The notes under the pieces were generated by a model. The model worked only from the letters and a program-made list of their open reading frames with translations, had not been told where the DNA came from and ran no database searches. Shown here piece by piece: positions 1 through 14,862 of a DNA stretch of 64,000 nt. The stretch is from the human T2T-CHM13v2.0 reference genome, Homo sapiens. Where the stretch lies: NCBI RefSeq assembly GCF_009914755.1, contig NC_060939.1; one strand, given 5' to 3'. Position 1 is the first letter of the stretch. Each line of letters starts with the position of its first letter. The translations under genes and the position numbers were made by a program.

Positions 1-1494
1 CTAATTAATCTGTAAATAGCACACCCACAATTAAACCCTGTGGTCCCTTCTTGGATTGGGGCTGCAGTGATTTTTGAAAGTAATTATCTCAAATTCACAA
101 TGAAGACGATTTTTCTTTTTTTTTTTTCTCATGGCATTTCAGCTAAATAACCACCTGAATTCAAACTTGAATAGGGTCTTCTTATATACAAATCAGTTTG
201 CAGATTTGTGTGGAAACATATTGATTAGATTTGTAAGCTATATACTTATAATGGTTTCTATATTAAAAAATAAAATTTGGAGAAATGGTGCAGAAAGGAA
301 GTGGTCAAGAAAAACTAGAGTTTCTCCATATTGGGGCAAGTCTTCTTTGTTCTACAATTTAAGAACCCCAAAGGGTTGAGTTTCCTTCTCTTACACAGGT
401 GACAATGTGGTGGTGCATTGTCTCTTACACAGCAGTTAGAAAGTACATTACATTGGAGTTAGAAAATAAAGCACTCCCTGACTTTTCCATCATGATGCTG
501 TGGCAGGGTGCTCCAGAAATATTAGTTCCATTCCTCTTCCTTCCTTCCATCTTTAATATTTGAACTTAATAATACTGTCTATAAAGGTGCGATGTTATCT
601 ATATGTAGTCAGATGAAAGTAATACAATTTATTAAATATAAAATATTTTAAAATATTTTTATAATAGCGCTAATAAGAAGGCATACTAGTCTTTATGATT
701 CACATTCATTATTTAATTTCTTACCAATAGACGTTCCAATGACAAATATTACTGCTACTGCCTTGTTAGTAATTAGGAAACCAAGATTCAAAGGTTTCCT
801 TAAACCTTTAAAGAAATTACTCAAATTATATATATATGAGGTAATAGAACAGATTCTTGAAGCTAGATCTCCTGATTCCAAATCCTATGCATTTTTCAGT
901 ATAAGTATACTGTGACGTTACAGCTTTGCAATCAAAAATAACCTGATGATAAAGTAAAATATTCTACCAGTTTTGGTGAAGAGAAAATTATTCAGATCAG
1001 TTAGCTCTGGAGTTAAAAAAAAAAAAGGGGGAGGAGAGGTTAGTGTCTATTTACTCTTCATTTGATATTCTATATTTTGGAGGAATGGGAATATAGTCAT
1101 CTTTTTTCCCCTTTTTTTTTAAAGAAGGATACTAATTTTCTTTATTGAGTCCCAGGATAAAGTAGGATTGCAAAAGCTAATCATTTTTTTTTCATTTATA
1201 CTCTAAGGCCCTGGTAATAGGTAAGCCGTGATTATATTCCTGAAAATAATATTGTAGCAAAAATGGTGTAATACTGCCAGGTTTGAGAGAAAGCTCTTTT
1301 AAGTTGCCATTACTTGGCAAAGTAGTACTATTGTTAAGAAAATAAAAATCTAGTTTTCTGATTTCTTATAGTCTTTCTTATATAAATGACAAATATTTTG
1401 GCTGAACTGATACACTGATGTGGTTAATTTGATTAAATGATATATTTATCTGATTATCTAACAAACTGAATAATATAGGCTAGCCAAAACCTTT

Positions 1495-1632
1495 CACATC
1501 TCACATGAGGAAACAGAAAATTGAGAGACACTAAGTGATTTGCTCAAGATCATGTACAGATTATATTACAGATTCCTGACTAGAACTCACTACTGCTGAT
1601 TGTAAGCCCAAGTTCCTTTCCAATACATTACC
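1495..1632 (-). mobile_element. MIR SINE fragment
   Basis: Degenerate MIR core 'atgaggaaacagaaaattgagagacactaagtgatttgctcaagatcatg...tagaactc'. Confidence 0.6.
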
Positions 1633-4444
1633 TTCCTTGATTTTATCAGAATATTATTCAGTCAAAACCTCTGGCACATACAATCTAAGATTTTAGCACA
1701 CCCTCTGATGGAACATCCTTCAACAGGTGAAACATTTAAGAACAGACAGGCCCAGTATTATAAACATGATTGCAAAGAGAAGTCCTAAGCTGACAGAAAG
1801 AGAAAATAATAAATGGTACCTTTTTCATCTCTAAACTCTCTAATTCCGAGAAAACACCCTAAAGCCTTTGCCTTGGTAAAAAATATTTGAAATGCCAAAT
1901 CCAGTTATCAATTCATCTCTATGTGTGTCGGGAAGGATTACCACAGTTAAGTATATTCTAATCCTGTTTATACCCAGCATTACTCCTGATGTTCCAGTAA
2001 GAGTGCCTATTTTTATTTTTATTTTTGAAGTGACACTAACCTGAGAAGAAATAAAAAAACAGTATGTTTAAGCCATTCTTCAAAGCTCATCTCTATGAAG
2101 CTATTTGGATGGTAAAAAAAAAAAAACAAAACTCAGCAAGCTGCAGCTAAATTACATAGTCTCACCCTCACATTCTCTGAATACAAATAACAAACGAACG
2201 TGATATACTTACAGAGTTTGATAATCAAACTTGTAATTCTGCTTATTTTATGCTGTTCTGCCCTAGAATTGAAAATATAGACAACTAGTCACAGAGGGAC
2301 ACTTTTAATATTATTGTTTTCACATCTTCACATGACAGCAAGGGAGATCTCCTTGTATGGTATGGTGAATACAACATGGAATTTTTACATGACCAACTCA
2401 TATACTCATTAAAGGTACTGAGATATCCATAAAGGTTTGAAGTGTTTGATAATGTCTGTTGAGTAAGTAAACTTGTTGTCTCAAGTCAGGTAGTACGCTG
2501 TTGGTTCTACTATAGATGATGCTTCATTTTAAATATCTTTAAAGGGCACACAGTAACTCTTTTCTAGGGTGTGTTTTGCCTCCAGATAATTATTAATAAC
2601 ACCCCTTACACTCACAAAGTGTTCAACATCATTAAATAGAAAACAATGACTAAGGTCTTAAAGAATGTTGAGCTATTTTTCATGACTTTAACCACATACT
2701 CACAGACACTGTGAAACAACAAAATTAACATTTTCCAAATCTCGTATGTTTTTAGTTCCTGATTATTCCTGTGATTCAAACCACTTTAGTTTTCAGTTTT
2801 AGATTATTCTGTTTTACATTCAATTACCAATTTAGGAAGTTCATAATTGACTTGAGATCTACCATCTCTTGACTTGCCATAAAACCACCTGTATTAAGTA
2901 TGAGGAAGTTTGAGATAATTACACAGGAAATTATGAAGTATTGGTTATTGTGCTTAGACCATTTAAAAAGCACGAAAGATCTTTAAGATCTCACATAGAC
3001 AGAATTCTATACATATCTCTAATAAAGATCAGTTACAATTTAGTATTCAACTTTTGTAAGAAATTTTGTTTTTTTATAGCCATCAACCAGAAGACACAAA
3101 ATATAATTACATTAAAGTAGTAAAAAATTAGCATGACATAAATACTCAGACCTCAAGGGTCAAAAAGCTAAATCGAGTCTTATAATTTTGTAGTGGTTAT
3201 TCTGTTATTCTTGTTTTGGGTAATTGTATTGCTGGAACACTAAGGTTTTAACATCTGTGCACTTTGGATCACCTTAAGCCAGCTGGTTCCTTTCAAAACT
3301 GCTCATCTTTTGTTCTTCCTATGTTCTGACCTGGGCCCCTAGCCTTAAGACAGCAGTGTGCTTTCTGCAGCCAGGATATCCTCTTCAAGACTGTCAGACA
3401 ATCTCAAATGATTGATGTGCTAGTCTGGTGCTCTGGTATTTTTCCCTTTAGTAAGACTCCAGTAAATCTACAGCTCATTCTATAAGAATGCTAATTAGAT
3501 CACTTTTACTAACTTCATGCATGTTTTTCTTGTTCTCCTGTATCTTTGGAAGTGAGCTTAAAGTTTATAATACAGTGTGTTTCTAAACTGTTTTTTATAA
3601 TATTACATAGAAATAAAATACATTTCCCACCAAGGGAAATAATTCAAGTGATGCACTCAATTGGCTCTTTTCTTTCTAGAACTGCACCATGCATCCTCAC
3701 TATGCTTACTCTTATTGGGAGCCTGCTCTACCCTCTCTGAGGTCATGCCCCTTATTGAGTCATGGTGTTCTATCATTCAAAGCCAAAGCAGGGCAGAGTC
3801 AGGCTCTGTTAGGCTATCAGGCTTGTGTCTTTGCTGCAGAGCTGTTTTCACATAAAGACAGACCTCTATCAACCTCAGGGCATTAATTCTAAACCTATTG
3901 CCTTAACACAAATTGTACCACGTCTCTCAACCTGTTGATTTTGGCTTTGAATTTCATGATTGATTGCCCTTTTGGGGCCTTACATAACCTCCCATTCTGA
4001 GGCTAAGAATTGACTTTCTGGCTTCAAACTTTTGCTTTCATTCTTGACCATATTTGGACTTTATCTCCAAATAGGTTACCTCCCTCAGTAAAGTTCAGGT
4101 CACTATGGTTTCCAGAACCTGTAATTACCTCAGCAGAGCTCTCTGCAGAGAACACACCCAACATGTTCAGTCTGATTCCAGAAGTCAGGCTCAGACTGAG
4201 AAAAGTCAGGAAGCAAAAAGACTGGGTGGATGTTGTCACGTGGCCCTTAAGAACAAAGGCAGTTTCAGAGCGAGGTGGCCGAGAGGAAAGAGAGCATTTC
4301 AGGGATAAAGAAAAGTAGATAGGAAAGTCTGGGCAACTTTAGGGCTTTTATAGTATGACTGTGCACAGTACAATCACAAAAATATGTTTAGTTCAAGTCA
4401 TTTAAAAAGCTGTAATCTAGTATATTTACATTAAATTGTTTCCT

Positions 4445-5290
4445 TATTAGTGGCAAGAGAAAAACTGATAACCACACAGTAGAGAAACTGGGCACTACTC
4501 TGACTAGGTCATCAAAATTAACATCCCCGTTGAGGGCAGATGGATATAGTGTGCCTCCTGATGTGACACCCTGAGAAGAGCACATCATCTCTCACTCTGT
4601 ATTGGGCACAGAACATGTCACCTCAATCTACCCACAAAGAAACATCATGTAAAACCAAAACAAAGAATTCTCTATTATTAAAGATGGAATTACAGTTTTC
4701 AAAAATTTGAATGCTATAAAAGCAAAACAAAGCTTTATAGAAATGCTCCAGATTAAAGGTGACTGAAGAGACTAAATGTAATACCTGATCCTAGGTTGAG
4801 TCCTAAAAACAGTCCCGACCCTGTTTTTCCTGAGGAAAAACAACAGTATAAAGGATATCGTTGGGTTAACTAACAAAATTGAAATACAGATGAAGGATTA
4901 GAAAAATGCATCAATTTTAACTTTACTTGTATATAAAACAATATTTTTATTTTTAGGAAATTTTTATTTTTAGGTATTGTAGTATATAGGAGTAAAGGAC
5001 CATGCTACTACTTTTCAAAAGGTTCAGAAAAAATGTGTTGTGCATGTGTATACACATATACATATATGCATATCTTATGTGTGTGTATATATATGCATAT
5101 ATACAAACACACACACACATATATTCAGAGAGATAAAAGAGAATGAGTGAGCACAGTTATCTGGTAATGCAGATGGAGCAAATGTCAGCAACAGGTGAAT
5201 GATGGTACAAAATATATAGATATGTGAACATTCTAGTATCATTCTTATTCATGCTACTTTTCCGCATGTCTGAAATAACTGCACAATTAA
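4445..5290 (+). mobile_element. Old L1 3' end (L1MC-like) with an internal (TA/CA)n patch
   Basis: Motifs typical of L1MC 3' ends: 'gtcatcaaaattaacatc', 'ccagattaaaggtgactgaagagac', 'ggagtaaaggaccatg', 'caacaggtgaat...ctactttt...tgaaataa'. Confidence 0.55.
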
Positions 5291-5313
5291 CCTCTGAGGA
5301 AATAAAAACTTCT

Positions 5314-5582
5314 GGTCAGCCATGGTGGCTCACACCTGTAATCCCAGCAATTTGGGAGGCTGAGGTGGGAGGATTGCTTGAGGCCAGGAGTTCAAAACCA
5401 GACTGGGCAACATGGTGAAACCTCTCTACAAAAAATATAAAAATTAGCTGGATGTGGTGGCGTGCGCCTGTAGTCCCTGCTACTCAGGAAGGTGAGGTGG
5501 GAGAATCACCTGAGCCCAGGAGGTTGAGGCTGCAGTCAGCTATGATCCTGTCACTGCATAAATAAATAAATAAATAAATAAA
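5314..5582 (+). mobile_element. AluJ, lacking the last ~30 nt of the right arm, with a (TAAA)n tail
   Basis: Dimeric Alu with J-type 'gggaggattgcttgaggccaggag'. It ends at 'cactgca' then (TAAA)n. Degenerate TSD aataaaaacttct / aataaaacctct. Confidence 0.9.
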
Positions 5583-5609
5583 ACCTCTAGAATGTCAAAA
5601 GCTTCTATG

Positions 5610-5750
5610 ATTTACCACAAAAAAGTATGTGAGGTGATGGATATGTTAATTGGCTTGATTTAATCATTCCACAATGTAAATGTATAGCAAAATATCACAT
5701 TGTATCTCATAAATGTATACAATTTTTATTTCCAACCAAAAATAAAATAA
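5610..5750 (+). mobile_element. L1MA/L1MB 3' terminal fragment
   Basis: 'gtgaggtgatggatatgttaattggcttgatttaatcattccacaatgta...atcacattgta' followed by an A-rich end. Confidence 0.75.
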
Positions 5751-7357
5751 AGTAACCCTCCCAAAACAAGCAAAACAAAACAATTGTCAGGTATGGTGAG
5801 GAGTGGGGAAGACCTGAGGAAGGCAGGGGAATTTTTACAGTAACAGAAATCTCTTAATTTAAGTGCCTGGTGGCCAAAAAGAAAAAAAAAAGTACTTGGA
5901 TAACCCATAATTGGAAAGACAATTCCTACCGAAATGAGTTTATACCTATACCCAGAGAAGATTCTTTCTTCTTTATATGCCATAAACATTTAGGAGCTGA
6001 GATAGTTTGTATTTTAAGGAGACATATGTAAAAATGATTTTAGGTCTTAGTGCTTCTGTTATTTGTACTTCTACACACTAAATATAATAAATGTAATTTG
6101 AATGTAACAATAAGAGGATCAACACTATGGAGATAGCAAATATATGCTTATCTGAAAGTTAGCAGATAAGGAAGTACTGCCAAAATAAACAAGCTGAGAG
6201 TGAGAACGGACATTCAAAGTACATTATTGTGTTACTGGAACATCTGGTACTAACACTGTCAAGTTTACATACATTCTCAAATGCTTATTTATGTAACAAT
6301 CAGATGCTAAGCATTCCAGCTGCACTTGTAAACTTTTTATGAACTGAAGTCATATGCACAAGCTCAGCTAAATATACTTCACAGAGGGAGGAGCGTGAGG
6401 AAACTAAGAACTCTCACAACTGAAGTCTGATTGCAGTGCAGCCTTCTGGCAGTGTTCTGGACCAGTGTCTGGTGTGAGAGCTAAGCTGCTGGCTCCTAAA
6501 AGATTCATTCCATTCTAGCAGCTAGAATCAGAAATGCCTAACCAATGGGTCAAACATAATTTGGCAGTTACCGTTTTTAGACATAATTTTCTCAGAAAAG
6601 AAAATGATATCAGGAAAAGAAAACAGAGCAAAGGACATGATGAAGTAGGTCATTAAGAAAGAGAATATTTAATATTCAAGTGAAAAAAATATTTTCCTCA
6701 ACCCATCCTAGAGCTAGCACAGGTAGAATGACTGATTGTGGCAATGCATAAATTAGAAAAGACAGCATAAAAAGAGGAAGCATGTTTGTATGATAATTAT
6801 CTCATATCACTCCTAATGAAAATTAGTTGTGTGAAACTTTCCTTCTTAGAGACAGAATTCATAGTAACTGCCTTAAACCCATTTTAAAGAGCGAAAAGGC
6901 ATAGGGGGAAATAAGTATTTCATGCTGTTTTTCTCCTCTACTAACAAAAGGAAGTTAGATGAACCAATTTTCCTCAAAGTTTGCCAATCATTTCTTTGAT
7001 GAAATTTCTAGAGTATGAAATGTTGCAAAATGGAACTAATTCATTAAGTTGTTTATTTTCTGAACAGTGATCTTAAAAGTGATTCCTCACAGGTTGAGGT
7101 TAAAAAGACATATTTTTTGGTAAAAATAAAATCCCTTTGACTTTTAAGTGCCTGGCACATTTCTGAAAGTTACCTTTAGAATTAATCAGATGTTTCAGAG
7201 TGATGTGATCTTGAAATGTGAATATCTATAATCAGTGGGATCCTCCTGTGTGCATTTTTTGGCTGTCAGTAGCACTTTTCTTATGCCAGCTCTTGAAATC
7301 ACAACTTTTGGGCCTAGAAGAAAACTTTTTTTTCCCCCTGTGTCACAGTAGTTTTAG

Positions 7358-7490
7358 AGCAGTGACTCAAACTTAGGTGAACATTTGAATCACTTGGAAA
7401 CCCAGAACCCATTCCAGACCAATTAAATCAGAATGAAACTCATCCATCAGCACCACTTAATTTTGTAGCCCAGATTGAGAACACCACGTA
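7358..7490. mobile_element. MER5A-like hAT-Charlie DNA transposon remnant
   Basis: 'cagtgactcaaactt...gaatcacttgg...ccagaccaattaaatcagaat...ttgagaacac' resembles MER5A termini and core. Confidence 0.5.
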
Positions 7491-8091
7491 GAACGAGAAT
7501 GGATATTCTTTAGGGACAGTGGGATTCATTTCACAAAAATGGCATTTTTGCAAAATAATTGAAGCACTAGGCATTCCCCATGCTGTCCTCTAACCAGGCT
7601 CCGGAAATTTAAGGGTTATAATTACAACAGCTTTAACTCTTCAAACTCCATCTTTTTGCACATCTTAAAAAGGGCCAGTAAGGGACTGTTCTAGGGTAGG
7701 CAGTCCAGCCTTGCATGCTCTGTGGCTTCTCTCATTTTACCTGAGGAACAGTGGGGCGAGAAAAGAGGATCTTTTTTCACTTTTGGCAGGTCACAAAAAA
7801 AGTAGCAATTTTTGCCTACAAAACTACATTGCAATTATGAATGTGAAGAAGGGGTTAGGATGTAGGTGGAAGCTTAAATCATAAACAGGACAGGACATAA
7901 TAACCTTATATGAATGCCTTTTAGAACTACTCAAAACAATATGTCACATATATATAAATTTCTGTGTAATAGTACTAGCTGATAGAATAACCTGAAGTTC
8001 AGCTTTAAAAAGAATGACTATTACTAATACTACCTTCTGATTACTAATAGTACCTTCTTTAATGCTCACTGTTCTGTTTAGATCATAAATT

Positions 8092-8430
<339 letters not shown>

Positions 8431-9009
8431 TCATAAGTTATACTAAAAGAGATTGGAGAATTATTATTGAGCGGAGAATTCAGTCTAAAAGGAGAGATAA
8501 GATACATGAATTATACGTAGTACTCAATAAACATTAGGTGCCATATGATTATGGTAATTATTAATTTAAAAACAACAGGTTTTAAAGGCAATTTACAAGT
8601 ACTGAAAACAAAAATGCACCCCCTCAGATTTCAATCACATCTTGGCAACTGAAGACTGCTTTTTTTCCTCTACATCTCCACAAGTGGTTATACAGTACCA
8701 TCTTTGAAAATAAATGGCAGTCTTCTTACTCTTTTTTCTATACAAAAATATAATTCAAGATAATTACAAAAAAATTTCTGTCTTCAAATATCAGAGGAAT
8801 TTGTCTACAATAAAGCTAATTTAAAAATTATTACCAAATAGATGCCCTCCTTATGACTATTAATCCAAGTTTAGAAATTTACGTTCAATGCTTTGGGACA
8901 AGAAAGAAAAAAAGACATACACACAGAGAGCGAGAGAGACAGGAATGGCATTAAGATCTGCTTTAAGTACAGTTATCTGAAATGTTCTCTTGTTTTGACT
9001 TATTCCAGA

Positions 9010-9275
9010 AGGAAAACTTGAAACAATGATTAAATGAGTATAAGTTACAAAGAGGCATATTTTAGCTCAACATAAGGATTTTTAAAATAGAGTTGTCCAA
9101 CAGAATGGATTGTTTCAGGAAATGATGAGCTCCTTTGCTGAAGATATCCAAATTGAGACCGGATGAGCATATGCCAAGGATGCTGCAGAAAACATTTCTG
9201 CACTGTGTGGGAGGTTAGCCAACAGTAGATGATGTCTTAGGTTCCTTCCAACGCTAAATTTTATAATCTTATGAC
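9010..9275 (+). mobile_element. L3/CR1 LINE 3' end
   Basis: Ends with 'gtagatgatgtcttaggttccttccaacgctaaattttataatcttatga', the CR1/L3 3' terminus. Upstream is 'tttagctcaacataagga...gatgagctcc'. Confidence 0.65.
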
Positions 9276-10036
9276 TATCCAAACACGAATAACTACTTTA
9301 ATGATACAGAGTCTGAAGCCTGGTTAAGAAAATGAAAAAAAAAAAAAAAAAAAATAGAACAGGAAAAACAAACAAACTTTACTTGGGTACCAGGGAAAAC
9401 AGACTATATGAAGAAGTTTCATCTTTTTTTAAATGCTGAGATAAGGAAAGCTACTATATTTTAAAAGCATACATTTTATGACGCATGCAATTATTTTATA
9501 AAACCTAGTACAAACAATAAAGCATGCATTTCCAAAAGATAAATGAGCTGAAGAATAAGAAATTATTTGCTGAATGATTTGTACAATTATTGAATTACAG
9601 AAGGGTATAATAAGGTAGGCAGAAAGCCAGTGAAGGACTGAGCAAGGTTTTTCCACAGTCTCACAGTCCTATGGAGACAAAAGCTAGATTTTAGAAACCT
9701 CCAAGGGAGAGGGATTCTGATTAAAAACCCCAGGATCTCAACTGGGAATCCAGGTGTCCACAAACTGGAAAAGCAGAGATAAACAAGAGGCAGGCTGAGT
9801 ATTACGAAATCTGTAATTGAGTCCCAGAATTAAGATAATCTGCCAACACTCTGCTGGCCAAACAGATTCATGGAGAGAAGTAACATTATCCAGAATCACT
9901 ACAGTTTAACAAATACAATATTCAGCATTAATAAAGAAAGGAATAACAGACATGACACAAAACAGGACAGGAGGGGAAAAAACCCAGATCCACAGGTGAC
10001 TCATTTATTGAAATTATTTGCTAAAATTAAAAAGAA

Positions 10037-11092
<1,056 letters not shown>

Positions 11093-11542
11093 CTATTCAT
11101 ACACAAAAATTGAATCGAAATTGACTTAAGACTTAAATCTAAGACCTGAAACTATGAAACTACTAGAAGAAAACATTGGAGAATGACTCCAGGGCATTTG
11201 TCTGGGCAAGTATTTATTTTGTGTAAGACACCAAAAGCACAGGCAACCAAAGCAAAAATGGACCAATGGGATCATGTCAAGCTAAAAAGCTTCTGCACAG
11301 CAAAGACAACAATCAATAGAGTGAAGAGACATCCCACAGAATGGGAGAAAATATTGCAACCTATCCATCATACAAGGGATTAATAGCCAGAATATATAAG
11401 GAGCTCAAACAACTCAATAGCAAAAAAAAAAAAAGAAAATTAAAAAAATGGTCAAGAGCTCTGAATAGACATTTCTCAAAAGAGGACATACAAATGGTCA
11501 ACAAATATGAAAAAATACTCAATATCAGTAATCAGAGAAATG

Positions 11543-12802
11543 TAAGTTGGTGCAAAAGTAATTGTGGTTTTAGCATTGTTGAAATTTGCCATTTGATATT
11601 GGAATACGTTTTTAAATACATGTGGTTATGTCATACATCATTTTAATGCATATTTCTCATTTTTTTTGCTAATGACTTATTACTTGATATATATTTTATG
11701 TTTATTTTAGGCTATGGAAATGATGTTAAACAAAAAGCAAATTCGAGTGATTTTCTTATTTGACTTCAAAATCGGTCATAAAGCAGCGGAGACAACTTGC
11801 AACATCAACAACGCATTTGGTCTGGGAACTGCTAACAAATGTCCAGTGCAGTGGTGGTTCGAGAAGTTTCACAAAGGAGACAAGAGCCTTGAAGATGAGG
11901 AGCACAGTGGCCAGCCGTCGGAAGTTGACAACAACAGAGAGCAATCATTGAAGCTGATCTTCTAACAACTACACGAGAAGTTGCCAAAGAACTCAGTGTC
12001 AACCATTCTATGGTCATTTGGTATTTGAAGCAAATTGGAAAGGTGAAAAAGCTAGATAAGTGGGTGCCTTAAGAGCTTAGCAAAAATAAAAAAAATCATT
12101 GTATTGAAGTGTCGTCTTCTCTTTTTCTGTGCAACAATGAACCATTTCTTGATGGGATTGTGACATGCGATGAAAAGTGGATTTTATACCACAACTGGTG
12201 ATGATCAGCTCAGTGTCTGAACCGAGAAGTAGCTCCAAAGCCACTTCCTACAGCCAAACTTGCACCAAAAAAAGGTCACGGTCATTGTTTGGTGGTCTGC
12301 TGCTGGTCTGATCCACTACAGCTTTCTGAATCCTGGCGAAATGATTACATCTGAGACGTATGCTCAGCAACTTGATGAGATGAACCAAAAACTGCAATGC
12401 CTGAAGCTGGCATTGGTCAACAGAAAGGGCCCAGTTCTTCACGACAACACCTGACCTCATGTCGCACAACCAACACTTCAAAAGTTGAATGAATTGGGCT
12501 ACAAAGTTTTGCCTCAACCGCCGTATTCACCTGACCTCTCACCAACCAGCTCCCACTTCTTTAAACATCTTGACAACCTTTTGCAGGGAAAATGCTTCCA
12601 CAACCAGCAGAATGCAGAAAATGCTTTCCAAGAGTTTGTTGAATCCTAAAGCACAAACTTTTACACCATAGGAATAAACAAACTTATTTCTTATTGGCAA
12701 AAATGTGTTGATTGTAATGGTTCCTATTTTAATTAATAAAGATGTGTTTGAGCATAGTTATAATGGTTAAAATTCATAGTCCGCAACTGCAGTTACTTTG
12801 CA
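11543..12802 (+). mobile_element. Hsmar1 mariner DNA transposon, near full length (~1.26 kb)
   Basis: Left TIR 'taagttggtgcaaaagtaattgtggtttt' and partial right TIR 'caactgcagttactttgca', with the entire transposase region between them. Confidence 0.97.
11714..12736 (+). pseudogene. Hsmar1 transposase pseudogene (frameshifts and stops)
   Basis: MEMMLNKKQIR...WWFEKF HTH domain, WVP*EL, TCDEKW (D1), HDN (D2), YSPDLSPTS (third catalytic D lost), and RWQKCV-like/GSYF C-terminus ending TAA at 12734-12736. Confidence 0.95.
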
Positions 12803-14267
12803 ACAGTGACATATTATCTCTCCCCGGTCCAAATGGTTTATGTCAAAAAGACAGGCAGTAGCAGATGCTGGTGAGGATGTGGAAAAGGGGAACCCTCATA
12901 CACTGTTGGTGGGAATGTAAATTAGCAGAGTGACTATGGAGAACAGTATAGAGGTTTCTCAAAAAACTAAAAATAGAACTACCATATGATCCAGTAATTC
13001 CACTACTGGGTATATATCCAAAAGAAAGGAAATCAATATGTTAAAGAGCTATCTGCACTCCCATGTTTATTGCAGCATTATTCACAATAGTCAAAATATG
13101 GAATCAACCTAAGTGTGTATGAACAGATGAACGGATAAAGAAAATGTGGTATAGATACACAATGAAATATTATTCAGCTGCAAAAAAGGCCCAAATCCTG
13201 TCATTTGCAGCAACATGGATGGAACTGGAAGTCACTACATTAAGTGAAATAAGCCAAGCCCAGAAAGACAAGTAATGCATGTTCATACTCAATGTAGGAA
13301 CTAAAAAAGTTGATCTTGAGAAGATATAGAGTAGATTGGTGGTTACTAGATGCCAGGAAGGGTAGGGGGAAGGGAACTATGAAGATAAATTGATTAATAG
13401 GTACAAATACATGGTTTAATAGAAGAAATAAGACCTAGTATTTGATAAATCATTAGGGTGGCTACAGTTTACAATAATTTATTGTACATTTCAAAATAGT
13501 TAGTAGAGAATAATTCAAGTGTTTCTAGAATCTTAAAAAAAGTTAAGGTGATAGATATTCCAAGTATACTGATTTGATCTCTACAAATTATATGAATGTA
13601 TTAAATTATTTACATGTACCCCAAAACTATGGACATCTGTTATGCATCAAGAAAAAATTGTTTTAAAAAAGACATGTGATTAATATGTCAAAAATAGATG
13701 ATAGGATGAATAATTTATAGATTCCAGAGAGCTGGCTGGAATGTATAAAAAAGAACTGAAAAGCAACCTGAAACTTAAAAAAATGTAATCACTGAAACTA
13801 AGGACTTAATAAATAGGTTAAATAGAATACTGGAAGCTGAAGAGAGGCTTAGCGATTTAGAAGAAATGCCAGAAAGTATTTAAGCTGAAACTTGGTGAGT
13901 AAAAAGAATGGAAATACTGAAAAGATTATAGCTATATAGGCCTGGTAAAAAGGTGTATCTAATTAGAGTCCCAGAGGGAGCAGAAGAGAAAAAAATAAGA
14001 CAGAACAATGTAAGTAATAAAGGCAAAGAATTTCTGAAGTGAAAGACATGCGGGCAAAGAAAACAGCACCTAGGTATAGCACAGTAAAACTGATGAAAAC
14101 CAAAGACAAAGGACAAAGAAAAAAACCAGAAAACAGATAAATGGCAAAACTATACATTATCTTCAAAGGTATAGCAGTAAGAATTATGGTTGACTTCTTA
14201 ATGGAAATAATAAAAGACAGACAATGGAAATATATCTTCAAGATGCCAAAAGAGAACTGTCTTTCTA

Positions 14268-14862
<595 letters not shown>

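Larger units (their letters stand above)
11093..13665 (+). mobile_element. L1MA (L1MA4/5-like), non-inverted 3' segment, split by Hsmar1
   Basis: ORF2 C-terminal remnants ([27 protein letters not shown]). The L1 resumes at 12803 'acagtgacatattatctc'. L1MA-type 3' UTR ends 'tatgcatcaagaaaaaa'. Confidence 0.88.

Noticed and set aside
630-666. AT-rich near-palindrome
   Set aside because: Low-complexity A/T sequence, expected by chance.
8021-8058. 20-bp tandem duplication (similar short ones at 4944-4976 and 62396-62420)
   Set aside because: Common slippage events with no further structure.
11714-12736. SETMAR or a functional transposase gene
   Set aside because: No SET exons nearby, several stops and frameshifts, and the third catalytic Asp is lost.
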